From Octopus sinensis (taxonomy: Eukaryota): 64,000 nucleotides of DNA. Position 1 is the stretch's first letter. Every line of letters begins with the position of its first letter. This document shows positions 12,480-24,830 of the stretch, piece by piece. Position numbers and translations under genes: made by a program. Below the pieces are notes generated by a model, which was not told the DNA's origin, ran no database searches, and saw nothing but the letters and a program-made list of their open reading frames with translations. The stretch is taken from positions 172,980,001 to 173,044,000 of the forward strand of contig NC_042998.1 in assembly GCF_006345805.1 (NCBI RefSeq). Direction: 5' to 3'.

Positions 12480-13700
12480 ATCCTATAGATGTCTTTGAGC
12501 TTAGCTTGGTGTCGTTTGATAATAGAAAGGTAGTTGACTTCGTCTGTTTCTTTATCTTAGATATCTAAAATATTCAAGACACAGAAATAAATTCGCCTCA
12601 ACAGATACCGGCCAATAGAGGCAATAGAATGCATACATTACAACACACTAAACAATATATATATTATATACAATTAGGAGAAAATAATAATACCATAATT
12701 AAGTTCAGCCTGAAAATAATTATTACCTTTAATAGTCTTAAATTATAAATGTTTCCCTCAACCTAGCAAGCCATATAGTAAATTCAAGAAAACTTTATAT
12801 TATCATAGAATCCTATCACCGCACATGATTTTTAAAATTTCCATCAATGATATCAGTAGAAGAAACTCTAACCTCTTATTAAGACCCTACTTTTCTAGAG
12901 CATTACAAGCTACCGGCGTGAAAGTGAATGATTAAATCTCCAATTCAAATCAACAATTATCAATAAAATATGCCATAATATCTGGTTGACATTTTCATTT
13001 TCTTTAAATCTTTAACATGACTAAACAATTCTTAACCTTATTAAATAAAAACTTCCCATTCATTATCGATAACAGAAATTATTCAAGAAATACGACCAGA
13101 AGTCAAATTGCAGCTGTATCATTGAGACAAATTTTATAACTATTAATGCAACAAAAACGTTCCCGTCGAACTGTAATCATAGAAATTCAAGTATAAGCCA
13201 TCTTAATCAGTCATATACCGTCCAGGCAAATATCCACGAGGGAGAACTCACTGCCTCCAGTTCGGATATGAATGCTGTGTATATCATAACCAATGGATGG
13301 TGTTCCAATATCGTCCAAGGTATATTTCAATCATACTTCTTACTTCAGAGTTGTAGAAAAGGAGGATGCTACAGAAATTAGATCAAGACTGCAAAGAGTG
13401 CGGTAGTGTATTCGCCATAAAGTGGGAAAAAGTCAGATAATCTAAAACTTAAATATATTCTTCAAAGCCTACGGGCTGTGCACAATCGTAAAGTAGAAAC
13501 TATTAAAGGTATTCAAAAAGTTATCATTCTAAATGCAGAGCTCTTCAATAAATTTTAACAGTTTGATAAGTATTTGCTGAGACGCTACACTGCCACCTAA
13601 CTGTGTCTTATAATACTTAACCATTTAGCAAGAGCAATCATATCCTCTGTATTCGCTCTTTGATGACAAAATATACTTCCCATAAATTTATAGTGAGACA
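12480..13700 (-). mobile_element. Possible degenerate PLE (RT-EN remnant)
   Basis: Minus-strand DNFLNTFNSFYFT resembles PLE RT F...LNS...IKFT; many stops. Confidence 0.3.
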
Positions 13701-14140
13701 CTCTACTTCCCAATCTCAAATCGAAAAAATTGATAGTTATTGATATCAACTCACTAAAACAAATCGTATAATCTTCTTACTTCTTGTCTCATTAATTTTT
13801 ATAATTTTTTTTTTTTAAATTTAACCTCCTTTTTCCCCGCAATCCAAGGGAAATAACTTACCACAAAGTATTGATTTTGATATGTAAATGAGTGACGGAC
13901 CGTTCAATAACTCCTTTTCATCATCCAAGAGTGGAAGTTTTGGATACTTGTCAAATAATTCCTAGCAAAAAATTATAGAATTTAGATTTGAGCGGTTTTA
14001 TGTCATTCACAATATTCCTTATAAGTATCAAAATTTAAGTGATGTTAAATAATCACTAGCATCGCATTTATCATTAAATATTCCTCTATTTTACATTAGT
14101 ATATTCACAGTTTTATATTACAGTTTTAGTATACTGTTAG

Positions 14141-14172
<32 letters not shown>

Positions 14173-14322
14173 TGCATGTTTGATTGTATGCACATTTACG
14201 TCTGTATGAGAGTGCTTACAGTTAGAAACAAACACACATAAACACACACACACACACACAAACAAACACAAAAAGACACAAAGAGTACACACATATACGC
14301 ATATTCATGTACACGTACATAT

Positions 14323-14365
<43 letters not shown>

Positions 14366-15032
14366 TTACATAATTATATATTTTATATCAATTAATATTA
14401 ATTGCTACCATAGCCATATTTTGCATCATATATGCTGATTTCTTTCATAACTATTTTATTTTTTCATGCAGATGTTGCAGCTTCAGACTTAATTACATCT
14501 AAAAAAAAAATAAACTGCTTTTTTATTTCTTTGCTTTTCACGTAATTGGGATCGATAAATTCAGTCATGTATTGATGCCATGTTAATCAACTATAAATAC
14601 CGCCTCTACAGACCTCTGGCCTTCTTACATCACTGTTGTTGTTGCTATTGTTATTTTTATTGTCTCTACCTGCTGCTGGTGTTGCTTCTGTCAAGCCGGC
14701 TGTTGTTGTTATATTGCTAAATAATCGATTACAAAAAAGAAATATATAATTGACAAGTGGAAAAAAAAAAATGCAGAAGTAGCTGATATTGAACTTAATC
14801 ACGATAAATTCAAAGAATAAAAACAAGATTATCGTTGCTCATCATTTCTATTCCAGCCTCATACAAAGATGTAAATTAGTATTTCATTGTTAGATAAGCA
14901 ATCAGATGTAGCTTTAGTTCTTAACTCAGTCTGCATGGAAAAAAAGTTCTGTCCTCAAATTGTTAGTCAACTGATGAACTTGCCTACAGACTTTTTCAGA
15001 TAACAGTGATGTGTTTATAAGTATGTGTGTGT

Positions 15033-15063
<31 letters not shown>

Positions 15064-15310
15064 CGTAGGTAAGCGTGTACGCGTGCATAAGTATGTGTGG
15101 TTCACATGAAAAAATATATATATAAAACATACACAGACACTCGTTCTCACAATGCATATTAATATACACGATCACAACATACACGAACACATACACGCAT
15201 GTGTGTGTGTGTATAAATATATATTCATTTAATGATAGATAGATATATAACAGACAGAGAGACAGACAGATAGATAGATAGGAATGTATGTATGTATATA
15301 TATATATAAA

Positions 15311-15516
15311 GTTAATCCAAACATGAAAACACAAAGAGAAAACACAACAACGCGAGAACGTGAAATAAGTATAGTGTTATTGGATGCTCAGGAAAGAAGG
15401 AAAGAAGGGGTGTTTAACGTTTCGAGCGGAGCTCTTCGTCAGAAACATAGGAAAGGGAAAGATCCAGAGAAGGGAAGACGGAAGAAAAAAATCGCCAGCG
15501 GTACACACGCGGTCAC
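15311..15516 (-). mobile_element. About 200-bp HHR-bearing repeat unit (PLE pLTR-like), copy 1, in a TA microsatellite
   Basis: Highly similar to 16353-16550; carries the minimal HHR. Confidence 0.8.
15411..15447 (-). ncRNA. Minimal hammerhead-like motif (dimer type)
   Basis: Minus strand TGTTT-CTGACGA-A-GAGC TCC GCTC-GAAACGTT-AAACA. Helix I 5 bp, helix II 4 bp; helix III reduced to the palindrome AACGTT; GUU site. Confidence 0.65.
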
Positions 15517-15526
15517 ATTTTATATA

Positions 15527-15560
<34 letters not shown>

Positions 15561-15585
15561 CTACATACATACATACATACATATA

Positions 15586-15653
<68 letters not shown>

Positions 15654-16314
15654 ATCTGCGTGTGTGTACGTATGTGGACAGAAAAATTGTGTTAAGATGA
15701 AAAAATTAGAATGCCCAGCGGCAGCAATTTGAACAAAAAGTCGAATAAGAATATACCGAATGACATACTGAATAAATTCTTGATTTATTGAAATCCTCTC
15801 GCTTCCACGGAGTATAGATCAACTGCGCATTGGCAGCTGATACAAATGCTTTCTTGAGAAGAGTACATAACCTTAACAATCAAGAATACACACACACACA
15901 TATATACATACGTAGATATATGCATACATTGATGCATACATATATTGAGGCCCAGCACTTTTCTTGACGAATGCAAAGAAAATGTTACTCAGTTTATAAT
16001 ATAGGCGATGCTGTTAATTTCAATTGAATTACATTTTGAAAATGCGAGTTTTACACCACAGAGTTTTCGTTAGTGTGACATGAAAGGCAAGTCATAAAAT
16101 CTCGTGTATGCATATCCGTGTAAATGTGGCTATATATCTAAAAACCCCTCTCTCACACGCTCTCTATCTTTCTCTTTCTCTCTCTCTCTCTGGGTCTCCC
16201 TGTATAAATGTATATACATACATACATACATACATACATGTATATATATATATATGTATGTGTGTATACATACATACAGACACATACACACAAACACACA
16301 TATATGCGTACATT

Positions 16315-16352
<38 letters not shown>

Positions 16353-16356
<4 letters not shown>

Positions 16357-16550
16357 ATCCAAACATGAAAACACAAAGAGAAAACACAACAACGCGAGGA
16401 CGTGGAACAAGTATAGTATTATTGGACGCTCAGGAAAGAAGGAGGGTTTAACGTTTCGAGCGGAGCTCTTCGTCAGAAACATAGGAAAAGGAAAGATCCA
16501 AAGAAGGGAAGACGGAGGAAAAAAATCGCCAACGGTACACACGCGGTCAC
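16353..16550 (-). mobile_element. About 200-bp HHR-bearing repeat unit, copy 2
   Basis: Direct repeat of 15311-15516 with scattered substitutions; flanked by (TA)n. Confidence 0.8.
16446..16480 (-). ncRNA. Minimal hammerhead-like motif (dimer type), copy 2
   Basis: Core identical to 15411-15447; helix I GTTT/AAAC. Confidence 0.65.
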
Positions 16551-16564
16551 TCCATATATATATA

Positions 16565-18010
16565 TGGAGTGCTTCATGGAACTGTATTAGGGCCGCTATT
16601 GTTCAAAGTTGCTCTTTGAGATGTACCATCAATTTCACAGACAGCCACATTTACTAGCTATGCAGACAACACAAAAACATTAGGAGTTGTCAAGGAACCT
16701 ATTTTAGATGGTGCAGGTCGATATTGAGCCACCTAATATGACTCTCAGAAGGCTGTAATTTCGCTAGTAGTAAACACGAACGGAAACACATACGAGCAAG
16801 GTTGTAACTTAAACACGTTTATTTGCGGCCACACATGCATACACAATGGAATGACAAATAGAATGGTTATTGTGTAAGGGTCATAGTCTTCTGTGCAATG
16901 CTCCTATCCGCTAGCTGACCGGAGGCCTAAGATAGAGCAAGTCAAGTTACGTCCTTATAGCTTGCGTTTCCTTACAGAAAAAGAGAAAGAGATGAGGTCA
17001 CATGTCTGAACCTCAATGCTGTGTAGCGCCCTCTTCCTGTATATCCAGCTTGTTTACGCGCTGTCATGGGAGGTAATGCGCCTATATGACCTACAGAAGG
17101 ACCTAAATTCCATATATAAATGGGCTGTAGAAAACAATATACTATTTAATGCAGGTAAATTCCTAGCTCAAGTTTGGTGCTCACAAACTGCAACAAAGAT
17201 GATTACAACAAAATGGAGCGGCAATCCAAGTATCACGTACAGTGACCTCGGGATTGATATGAGCAACGATGCCTCGTTTCACGTACATATCCCCAAGATT
17301 GTGGCAACGTACAGGCGAATGGCGGATGGATTCTGAGAACCTACAGAACAAGGGACCAGTAAACTAATCTGGTTCTTTTGAGTACATTTGTACTCAGCCG
17401 TCTGGCATACTGGCCACAACTGCGGTCACCCAATATTGTCAAATTGATAGCAGAACTTGAGGCAGTTCAGCGGTGCTACATCGGAAAGGTTGCATCAATG
17501 GAACAGCTGGGCTACTGAGAGAGACTGAAAGAGCTACGACTCTACTCCCTGGATCGAAGACAAGAGAGGTATGCAGTCATATCCGTATGAGAGATCCTGG
17601 AGGAGCTGGCATCAAACTTTCGCATCGAGAGCTATACCAGCCCTCGAACTGGACGTCACTGGATTTTTGCAAAAGACCCAGCTATCATATCTACAGTGAG
17701 GACTATGTACTACAATAGCTTGTGATTCACGGACCCGCAGCTATTCAACGCCTTCCTAAAACATTTGAGGGATCTTCATGGAGTAGGTATAAGTGTTTTC
17801 AGGAAACATCTTGACCTCCAGCTATGCAAGGTCTAGTTGAACATGAACGTATACCAAGGCAGGAAACTCAGAAGAGGGCAGCAGTGCCAAACACCCATCT
17901 TGAAAAAAAGCGAATCACATAAAATTGGCCATTGAAAAGGTGATTACATTGGCGGTGCTCCAGCATGGCCGCAGCTTAAGGGTTGAAACATATAAAGGAA
18001 TAAAAGAATA
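16565..18010 (+). mobile_element. Degenerate CR1/L2-group LINE 3' half, interrupted at about 16710-17090
   Basis: GVLHGTVLGPLLF...SYADNTK, then after the insertion KDLNSIYKW..N..LFNAGKF, LEAVQR, YWERLKELRLYSLDRR; 3' tail GGCGGTGCTCCAGCATGGCCGCAG...GAATAAAAGAATA. Confidence 0.8.
16803..17093 (-). mobile_element. Solo-LTR-like insertion inside the LINE
   Basis: Minus strand TGTAG...TATAA...AATAAA...TTACA (TG...CA termini, TATA and polyA signals in order); no clean TSD found. Confidence 0.4.
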
Positions 18011-18274
18011 TATATATATATATTTTTTTCTCTTATGAGGTTTTTACGCTATCTACCTGACAATTTCTTGTTAAGTTTTCCTTATTAAGTAGTTGTCCTT
18101 AATTGCTAAATTTTTATTCCGAAAAAAACTTTTCCTCTCCCGAAATGCAATTCGTAAAAGTTTGCCATTTATCCGGATGTAATATATGTAAACTCACCCA
18201 TGTGCTTCGTTGATGTCGAGCAGTTAGCTGATCGGTTAAGCGGGGCAGGGTCGTTGTTTATTATAATACATTCA

Positions 18275-18320
18275 GGCCTGCTGATGAGTACGTAAGTATG
18301 AAATCACTGTGATACAGGTC
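18275..18320 (+). ncRNA. Compact type I hammerhead ribozyme motif
   Basis: GGCCTG-CTGATGA(18281)-GTAC GTAA GTAT-GAAA-TCAC T GTGA-TA-CAGGTC. Helix I 6 bp with one GU; GNRA-capped helix II; near-palindromic helix III; AUA site. Confidence 0.8.
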
Positions 18321-18479
18321 TATATTTTTTTTTTTAAATGTCTTACTTTGAAAAATTGCATTCGGTGGGATTAGTAATATTTTTGGTAGAAATGACTAAT
18401 TGTCCCTCTTAGCGTTTGGCATGTATGTATAATGCCTTCTGGCATGTATGTATAATGCCCTCTATATATAATATATATA

Positions 18480-18534
<55 letters not shown>

Positions 18535-19742
18535 AGTGTATTTTTACCTTGTTAACAATTAACACGGAAAAAATAAATAAATAGTTACCAGGGCAGCAAA
18601 AATCTCACAAGTAAATGTGTTGTAACTCCTTGTTTATAAAGGTAGAAACTTCGTGTTTACGTTGAATATTTTGAATAATATATGGTGTAATTTTCGAAAC
18701 ATGTGTCGAAAGTAAAAATATTTGATTACACCTGCGTTAAACTCCATTTATTTATTCATATATATATATATATATATATATACACAAACACTCACTTAAT
18801 GCTTAAGCACTATAAATATACATTATTAAATATAATATATTTAATAGGGTGCCGATTTATATGTCACTACACTACTATATCATAACTACAATGCAATAAC
18901 CATAGCAGTAATGAATCTGCGTAGAAATAAATTGGCTAAAGTGGCTGTTCTGAGGAAGAGTTTGAGAATAATATAAAAGCAAACACTTCGCTGATATTTC
19001 GAAATTTCATTCAATACCCGACAACTGGTTGTACAATTAAAATAGTAACCTAATCGTCCATATTATTATGCAATTAATATATTAAAATACTTTGGTAATT
19101 AATTTGAATGAGATAACTTATACGCATATTAACTCATACACAAATTGAAACATACATAATACGCATACGCGTCCACGCACTCATATATGCGTGTATAATA
19201 TGTATAGTGAGAGAGGGAGAGAGACGGAGAGAGAGAAAGAAACAAGGGCAGACAAATAAGCAGACAGGCAATTAAATAAACACTGAGGATAATATGTTAC
19301 AATAAATGCTATAAAATAAATATTAAATGGAACAAATTAGAATGGAAGCTTATAATATAAGATGAAATGCGCAATTAATTATTCATGGAGAAGATAACTT
19401 ATAAGAGCATCTATGAAAGCTATTCTATGCTTACAAATTTCTTATTCTTTTCTATTAGCGTTAAATCTTTTATCTAAGCAGTTACATTTCTTTTCACGAA
19501 TGTTAAGATATATTTTGTTTCTTTAGGATTATTAGAAAAGATTAAAAAATATTGAAATGCTGTTAGCTAATAGCAATCTCTAGTTCTTATTAATCCATCT
19601 CAGAACCCACTGTTGGATAATTTTGACTGAGATTTATTGGATTTAGTATCAAGCAATAAGTTTTAAAACATGAAATCATTTCCGAGAGGATCAATATATA
19701 AAAATTCGTCACAAAAACAATTCAGATATTTTACATGTAACT

Positions 19743-19786
<44 letters not shown>

Positions 19787-19933
19787 AAAGCAATAAAGAT
19801 TCAAGTTAATTTAAATGAATTTACTTGAATATGGTACCTAACTTAGATGCACCAAAAGAAAACTATACTGTTTTAACAATACAGTAATGTGGGGTGATTA
19901 TAAGCGAGAAAGAAGCAACAAGAATGGATAGGT

Positions 19934-20024
19934 TTTTAGTACAATCGTTTCATACAAGGACAGGCTTTATTAAAAGTTGTAAAAATTACAGCATATAAAC
20001 GTGTCCCGTACTCATCAGCTAAAA
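19934..20024 (-). ncRNA. Type I hammerhead motif (mirror copy)
   Basis: Exact reverse complement of 20226-20316. Confidence 0.75.
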
Positions 20025-20225
20025 TACATGTGAGTTCTCTAGACATCCTAGTGGTTGAGGCTATACTCATGAAGTAATGTAGATAATTAAGTAACATAAA
20101 CAGATTTCCTAAAGTTCTTAAAAGAACTTTAATGAACTTTGGAAATCTGTTTATGTTACTTAATTATCTACATTACTTCATGAGTATAGCCTCAACCACT
20201 AGGATGTCTAGAGAACTGACATGTA

Positions 20226-20316
20226 TTTTAGCTGATGAGTACGGGACACGTTTATATGCTGTAATTTTTACAACTTTTAATAAAGCCTGTCCTTGTATGA
20301 AACGATTGTACTAAAA
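20226..20316 (+). ncRNA. Type I hammerhead ribozyme motif with extended helix II
   Basis: TTTTAG-CTGATGA(20232)-GTACGGGACA...TGTCCTTGTAT-GAAA(20299)-C GATT GTA(20310)-CTAAAA; helix I 6 bp. Confidence 0.75.
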
Positions 20317-20375
20317 ACCTATCCATTCTTGTTGCTTCTTTCTCGCGTATATATATATATATATATATATATATA

Positions 20376-20675
20376 CTAGCAGTATATCCCGGCTCTGCTC
20401 GGGATGAAGTTAGGATTATTAAGCTAATCAAGCTCTTTATTTCAAAGCAAACTAAGTAACATCGATATCAAATTTGAGTGAAATCCGTTGAAAGTGGTAA
20501 ACTTTTGGCTGCAATTTTGCAGACAATTTGATTGGGAAATCCCATAAGGAATTGGTTTATAGACTTTCTCCATTCATCGATTTTTTTTTCATGCAACCCC
20601 ACTTTGCCCACGGGTTGAGAACCCTTCCAGCAAGGAAAATAGAACGCCCATTAGGGCGTTTAGATAACAACTAAG
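20376..20675 (-). mobile_element. Non-autonomous Helitron (3' end clear)
   Basis: Minus strand ends with a GC hairpin (CCCGAGCAGAGCCGGG), then CTAG followed by T; same terminus as 35772 and 42693. Confidence 0.65.
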
Positions 20676-20939
20676 TATATATATATGGGCAACACATACA
20701 CATAAACATACACAGCAAACAACAAAGCCCCACTGGACCCCAAAAAGAAAAGTCTTATCTTACAGTTGAGATTCTTTTTTAAACACTATTTCACCAGGTT
20801 CAAACCTGCATGGTGACTTCAATCAGTGGTACGAACAAGACTGACAATGAAACGCATGCGCAATGGGAAGCAAGCTTCTTACCACACAGCCACACCTTCA
20901 GATGAATTTTAACTATGAAATCTTACATGGACATCCACC

Positions 20940-21068
20940 CAAGAGCCATATGGACCCCAAAATTCCATATGGACCCCCAAGAGCAATATAGATACCCGAG
21001 AGCCATATCGACACCCAAGATACTTATAGACCTCCAAGAGCCATAAGGACCCCGGTTGAAAACCACTG
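20940..21068. mobile_element. hAT-type terminus with six ~19-bp subterminal tandem repeats
   Basis: Units CAAGAGCCATATGGACCCC-like x6, then GGTTGAAAACCACTG (reverse complement CAGTGGTTTTCAACC), followed by GTCTAGAT (central TA, Charlie/Buster-like target). Other end not found. Confidence 0.6.
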
Positions 21069-23059
21069 GTCTAGATCAAATAGGCGTACGGTTATAGACA
21101 TTTCGGCCCTAATCTTACCATATGAGTCTTTTCGACATAGTATATTCTTGAATACATTGTCCAATGTATCCTTCTTCTCATTTTGTAGTGTGTAATATGA
21201 GGGACATTAGGCTGCCATTTCTAGCTTAGTATGAGGAGTAATTACGTAGACGCTTTCTCGTTCACTTCTTGATGCTGGTGTTGTTGCTTTTACTCTTACG
21301 TTAACCCTGACTGATAAACATACTATTTAAATTATTCGAATCCCTTTTCATCTTTTAAAACTTATTTTCTTATGTCTACGACTACACTGCATAATAACCT
21401 TTCTGTTTGAAGACGGTAGTATATGTCTGTTAAGCTGAATTTTATGGATTTTTCTTGTAGGAATAAAGTTAAACTTCTGAGCAATGCAGGATACCTTGCA
21501 TGTACTGCGATTTAAATTGAGTTTGAAATTTCCATTTAGGCATTTGAAGTTGTTTTGTATATCGAGATCTCTAGTATAAGTAGTAGTGTACCTTCTATGA
21601 AGAAGAACTTTATTTTTACTATGTTTTTAAATATTACTCGTCAATTGTTAAGGCGGTTGACATTAGATTGCTTAGTAAAACGTCGAAGAAAGACACCACC
21701 GAAAAGATCACAATTACTTTACACTCACGGTACAAAAACATATTTATAAGTTTAGGAATTCCATTATTCCATTTACTATTTCTGGTTGTTGCATTACATT
21801 TTATTTCACAGTTATTTTAGGAGGATGTATCATATATTTCTTTCCTTTGTAGATTTGTTGTTGAGTATTTCCTTTGAAGTTTCATCTTGTTAGCGAGATG
21901 GTTACGATAACGGTTTTAGATATCAGTCTCCTAGATAAAGTTATAGGTAAAGTTTCTTGAGAAGATATTTGTCAACAGATCTCATTACTACGGCCATACA
22001 CTAAAACAAAATCATGCATTAAATATCTTACACCAAACTGCAATAGTAACGTACAGTCTCTAGATATATTTCATTCAAATGCATCAACAACATAAGTATG
22101 AGCACAATTTATTCCTCATCACAATAAATCAACCCAAGCTTAATGGAAATGTTTCAGTGGTATGTTAGACGCGGCGGAACGGCATACCAAAATATAAGAG
22201 TATTGATCTTCATCCCTGAGCTTCGATACATTTACTGTCATTAAAATAATAGTGGGAATTTGCAGAAGGTTTTATATTTTCTTGAAAAAGTGTAGCGTTA
22301 GGAAATACTTAATAGTTCGAAGAGCGAGTGGGGAGGGAGCTGGAGGACAAACGGGTTTAGAAGGAGAGAGAGAGAGAGAGAAAGTAATAGAAATATTTCG
22401 TAATGTTTCTGTATGTCTAATTATATATTAGAACTAATTTTAAAATAAGACTATCTTTTAATTTTAGTTCGGATTTTAATAATTAATGCCTTTTCGAAAT
22501 AGAATCACTGTTTATTCGCGTTACGCCATACGATAAAGGCCATGGACAGGGCCAGGGGTATTTGAACTAATATTAGTGCAGTACAAAAATAAATTCCATG
22601 AATTATTTTGTTCTCTTAGAGAATCTCAATTCCAAATCATATAGGCTGTATATCATTGCTTTCCCTCGTTAGCTAGGAAGCGTTTAAACATTAATGTAAC
22701 TCTAAATGTCCAATACTTACGGGATGCTCAATTAAAATTCCGTATAAATTCATTAAATAATCAGTGTTCCAATATTTGTAAAAGATAACGTGTAGGACGA
22801 CCTTATAACAGATCAACTGTAGTGGACTATTAGAAACTGTAGTAGCGATCGATTTCTTTTATGTATTTAGTTGTGTTCATCTATATTGGGTTGGTGAAAG
22901 GGATTAGATTTAAAGCATTACTCTGTGTGCAGATAAAATAGCAGTAATTTACAGGAATAGATTCTATTGACTGTATCTATCAACTAAGTTGTCGAGGGAT
23001 TGTGGAAGAGTAAAAGCTCAATAATTAAGACAGCGATCAATTAGAAATTAAGAGAGAGA

Positions 23060-23380
23060 TTATTAAATGCTAAACAATATTTGGTTTCGTATTTGAAACC
23101 ATATTGATATCAACATTATCTTTCATCTTTCGGGTTCGTTTATAGCATATCAAAGCAATTAATTAAATCTCATTCCTAAAATTTTTTGTTGTTGTACCAA
23201 TGTAAAAAATATCAGAAGTGCAATGATCCGAACACATTTGAGAAAGATTTCGGTTACAGAGATATTTTTTTTTTTGCCTGTTCTCTGTTTTCGATAAAAG
23301 CCTCAGTTTATACCCACCCAATTGTTCTTGCCACTGAAAAGACAGATTATTTGACAACAAAGTTTTTATCATATATATAA
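23060..23380 (-). mobile_element. Possible PLE GIY-YIG remnant
   Basis: Minus-strand QMCSDHCTSDIFYIGTTTKNFR resembles the C..C...YIG.T...R motif. Confidence 0.3.
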
Positions 23381-24699
23381 AATATTCTGCTAAATTCGTT
23401 ACACGGCGACGAATATCAAGATTCTAGCGGAGACGATAGAGTTATCTGTGAGAGATAATTAGAAGGGAGATTTGATGTGGAAGGTATTAGTAAGATAAAT
23501 TTAATTGGAATGACAACAAAAGCAATTCATTTGAGAATTCAGTTGATGCAGTGATGAAAGTCATGTCTTATGACTAATTTCCTACTGTAGTTAAATAATT
23601 AATTTTCACCTCTTGTCTATACAGGTCGTAATATAGTCTTTGTAGAGGAATAGTTAATCCCTGTTACATACTCAGCACACACTACAACAGACAAGTGTTT
23701 AACAGAGAAATCATATTTGTTTTGAAAAAGCTATATATACTTCAAAACCAAGTTCAGCTTGGTGAATATAATGCTTCGCTAAGAAGTCCCAATAAGACAG
23801 AAACATGATAGGGGTAAAAATGTACTTAATAAAATCAGAATTACATCTTACTACACGTCACTTCATTTATGTTTCTAACAGTTTTCGACCACTTGCCTCC
23901 ATTACTTTTGACAAATATGGAGGCTACAGATGTTTCAGTTTGGTTAAAATTGCAACTTATGGATGTCATTTTAATTGATTAAATGAGGATTTTTAAAGAA
24001 GATTTTTGGTTCACTAAGATGTATATTTTACTGGCAGTCCTGAATTAATATGACATCGAAAGACAGTTGTATCTCCTTTGTGGAAATCAATAGCACTAAT
24101 TTTGAGTTATCTTTGCTTTTATAACAAATGGTGAGAGAATGAAGTAACAAATGTCATTGCTGTTGGGGAAAACAAACAAAAGAAAAATAGATAAACTGCA
24201 GTTTTCTGCAATCAGAATGTAATCATATATTTCGAAATCGTTTGTTTCACAAGCGTCTCTTTGACTGCAGAAAAATCTTACAGATTTGGTTGGTCAGCTT
24301 TCGATGAGAGCAGTTGAAAAAGTTCATTCACACCACTAATGTAGTAAAGTGTTATAAAGATATGTTTATTAAGATCTAGAGTAACAAAAAGAAACAGCCA
24401 CCAGGCTAATATAATTGCAGTCTCGATATTACTCAAGTTAAAACTCAACAAATTCATTTCATATCAGTCCATTACGATAATATATTTATCGCCACGCTAA
24501 CACCGTCTGTATACAATTGCAGCAACTATTTTTAATAGCACACCTCTAATCTATTGATTTAAAATCTTGATACACAAAATTTCCTTGGGGCGATTTGAAT
24601 TCAGGCTTCAGGAAGGATAACTAAATATATCAAAATCTTTTATAAACCACTCTCTTTCGCTCATTTTAGCGAATCCTTATTTAGAATTTAAATTATTAT

Positions 24700-24830
24700 A
24701 TCGATCTCGGAAGAATAACAAGCAAAGCTATCCTCGTCAATATCTGAACACAGAACGTAGAAAACTGGAACAGATTCTGCTAAGCATTTCGTTCGATGCG
24801 CTAACGCTTTCCTTTCCTTTATATGCCACC
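24700..24830 (-). mobile_element. Degenerate SINE fragment (34204 family)
   Basis: GCTAAGCATTTCGTTCGATGCGCTAACG and GGCAAAG-like segments match the 34204-34434 copy. Confidence 0.4.

Larger units (their letters stand above)
19904..20346. repeat. Near-perfect palindrome (206-bp arms) carrying HHRs, probably an inverted PLE pLTR
   Basis: 19904-20109 is the reverse complement of 20141-20346, one mismatch (G20032/G20218); the centre holds a further hairpin AAAGTTCTT-AA-AAGAACTTT; right flank (TA)n. Confidence 0.95.

Noticed and set aside
12540-12615. Minus-strand CTGTTGA...GAAACAGACGAA as a hammerhead
   Set aside because: Core and cleavage triplet are both non-canonical and the stems are unconvincing.
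14587-14826. Minus-strand ORF with T/A/N-rich peptide as a host exon
   Set aside because: Low complexity, no recognisable domain and no supported splice structure.
20940-21053. Short regular repeats as a CRISPR-like array
   Set aside because: Units are contiguous and degenerate with no unique spacers; eukaryotic context and an adjacent hAT TIR explain them.
22882-22900. TATTGGGTTGGTGAAA as a mariner TIR
   Set aside because: Only about 15 bp, with no partner TIR or transposase sequence.
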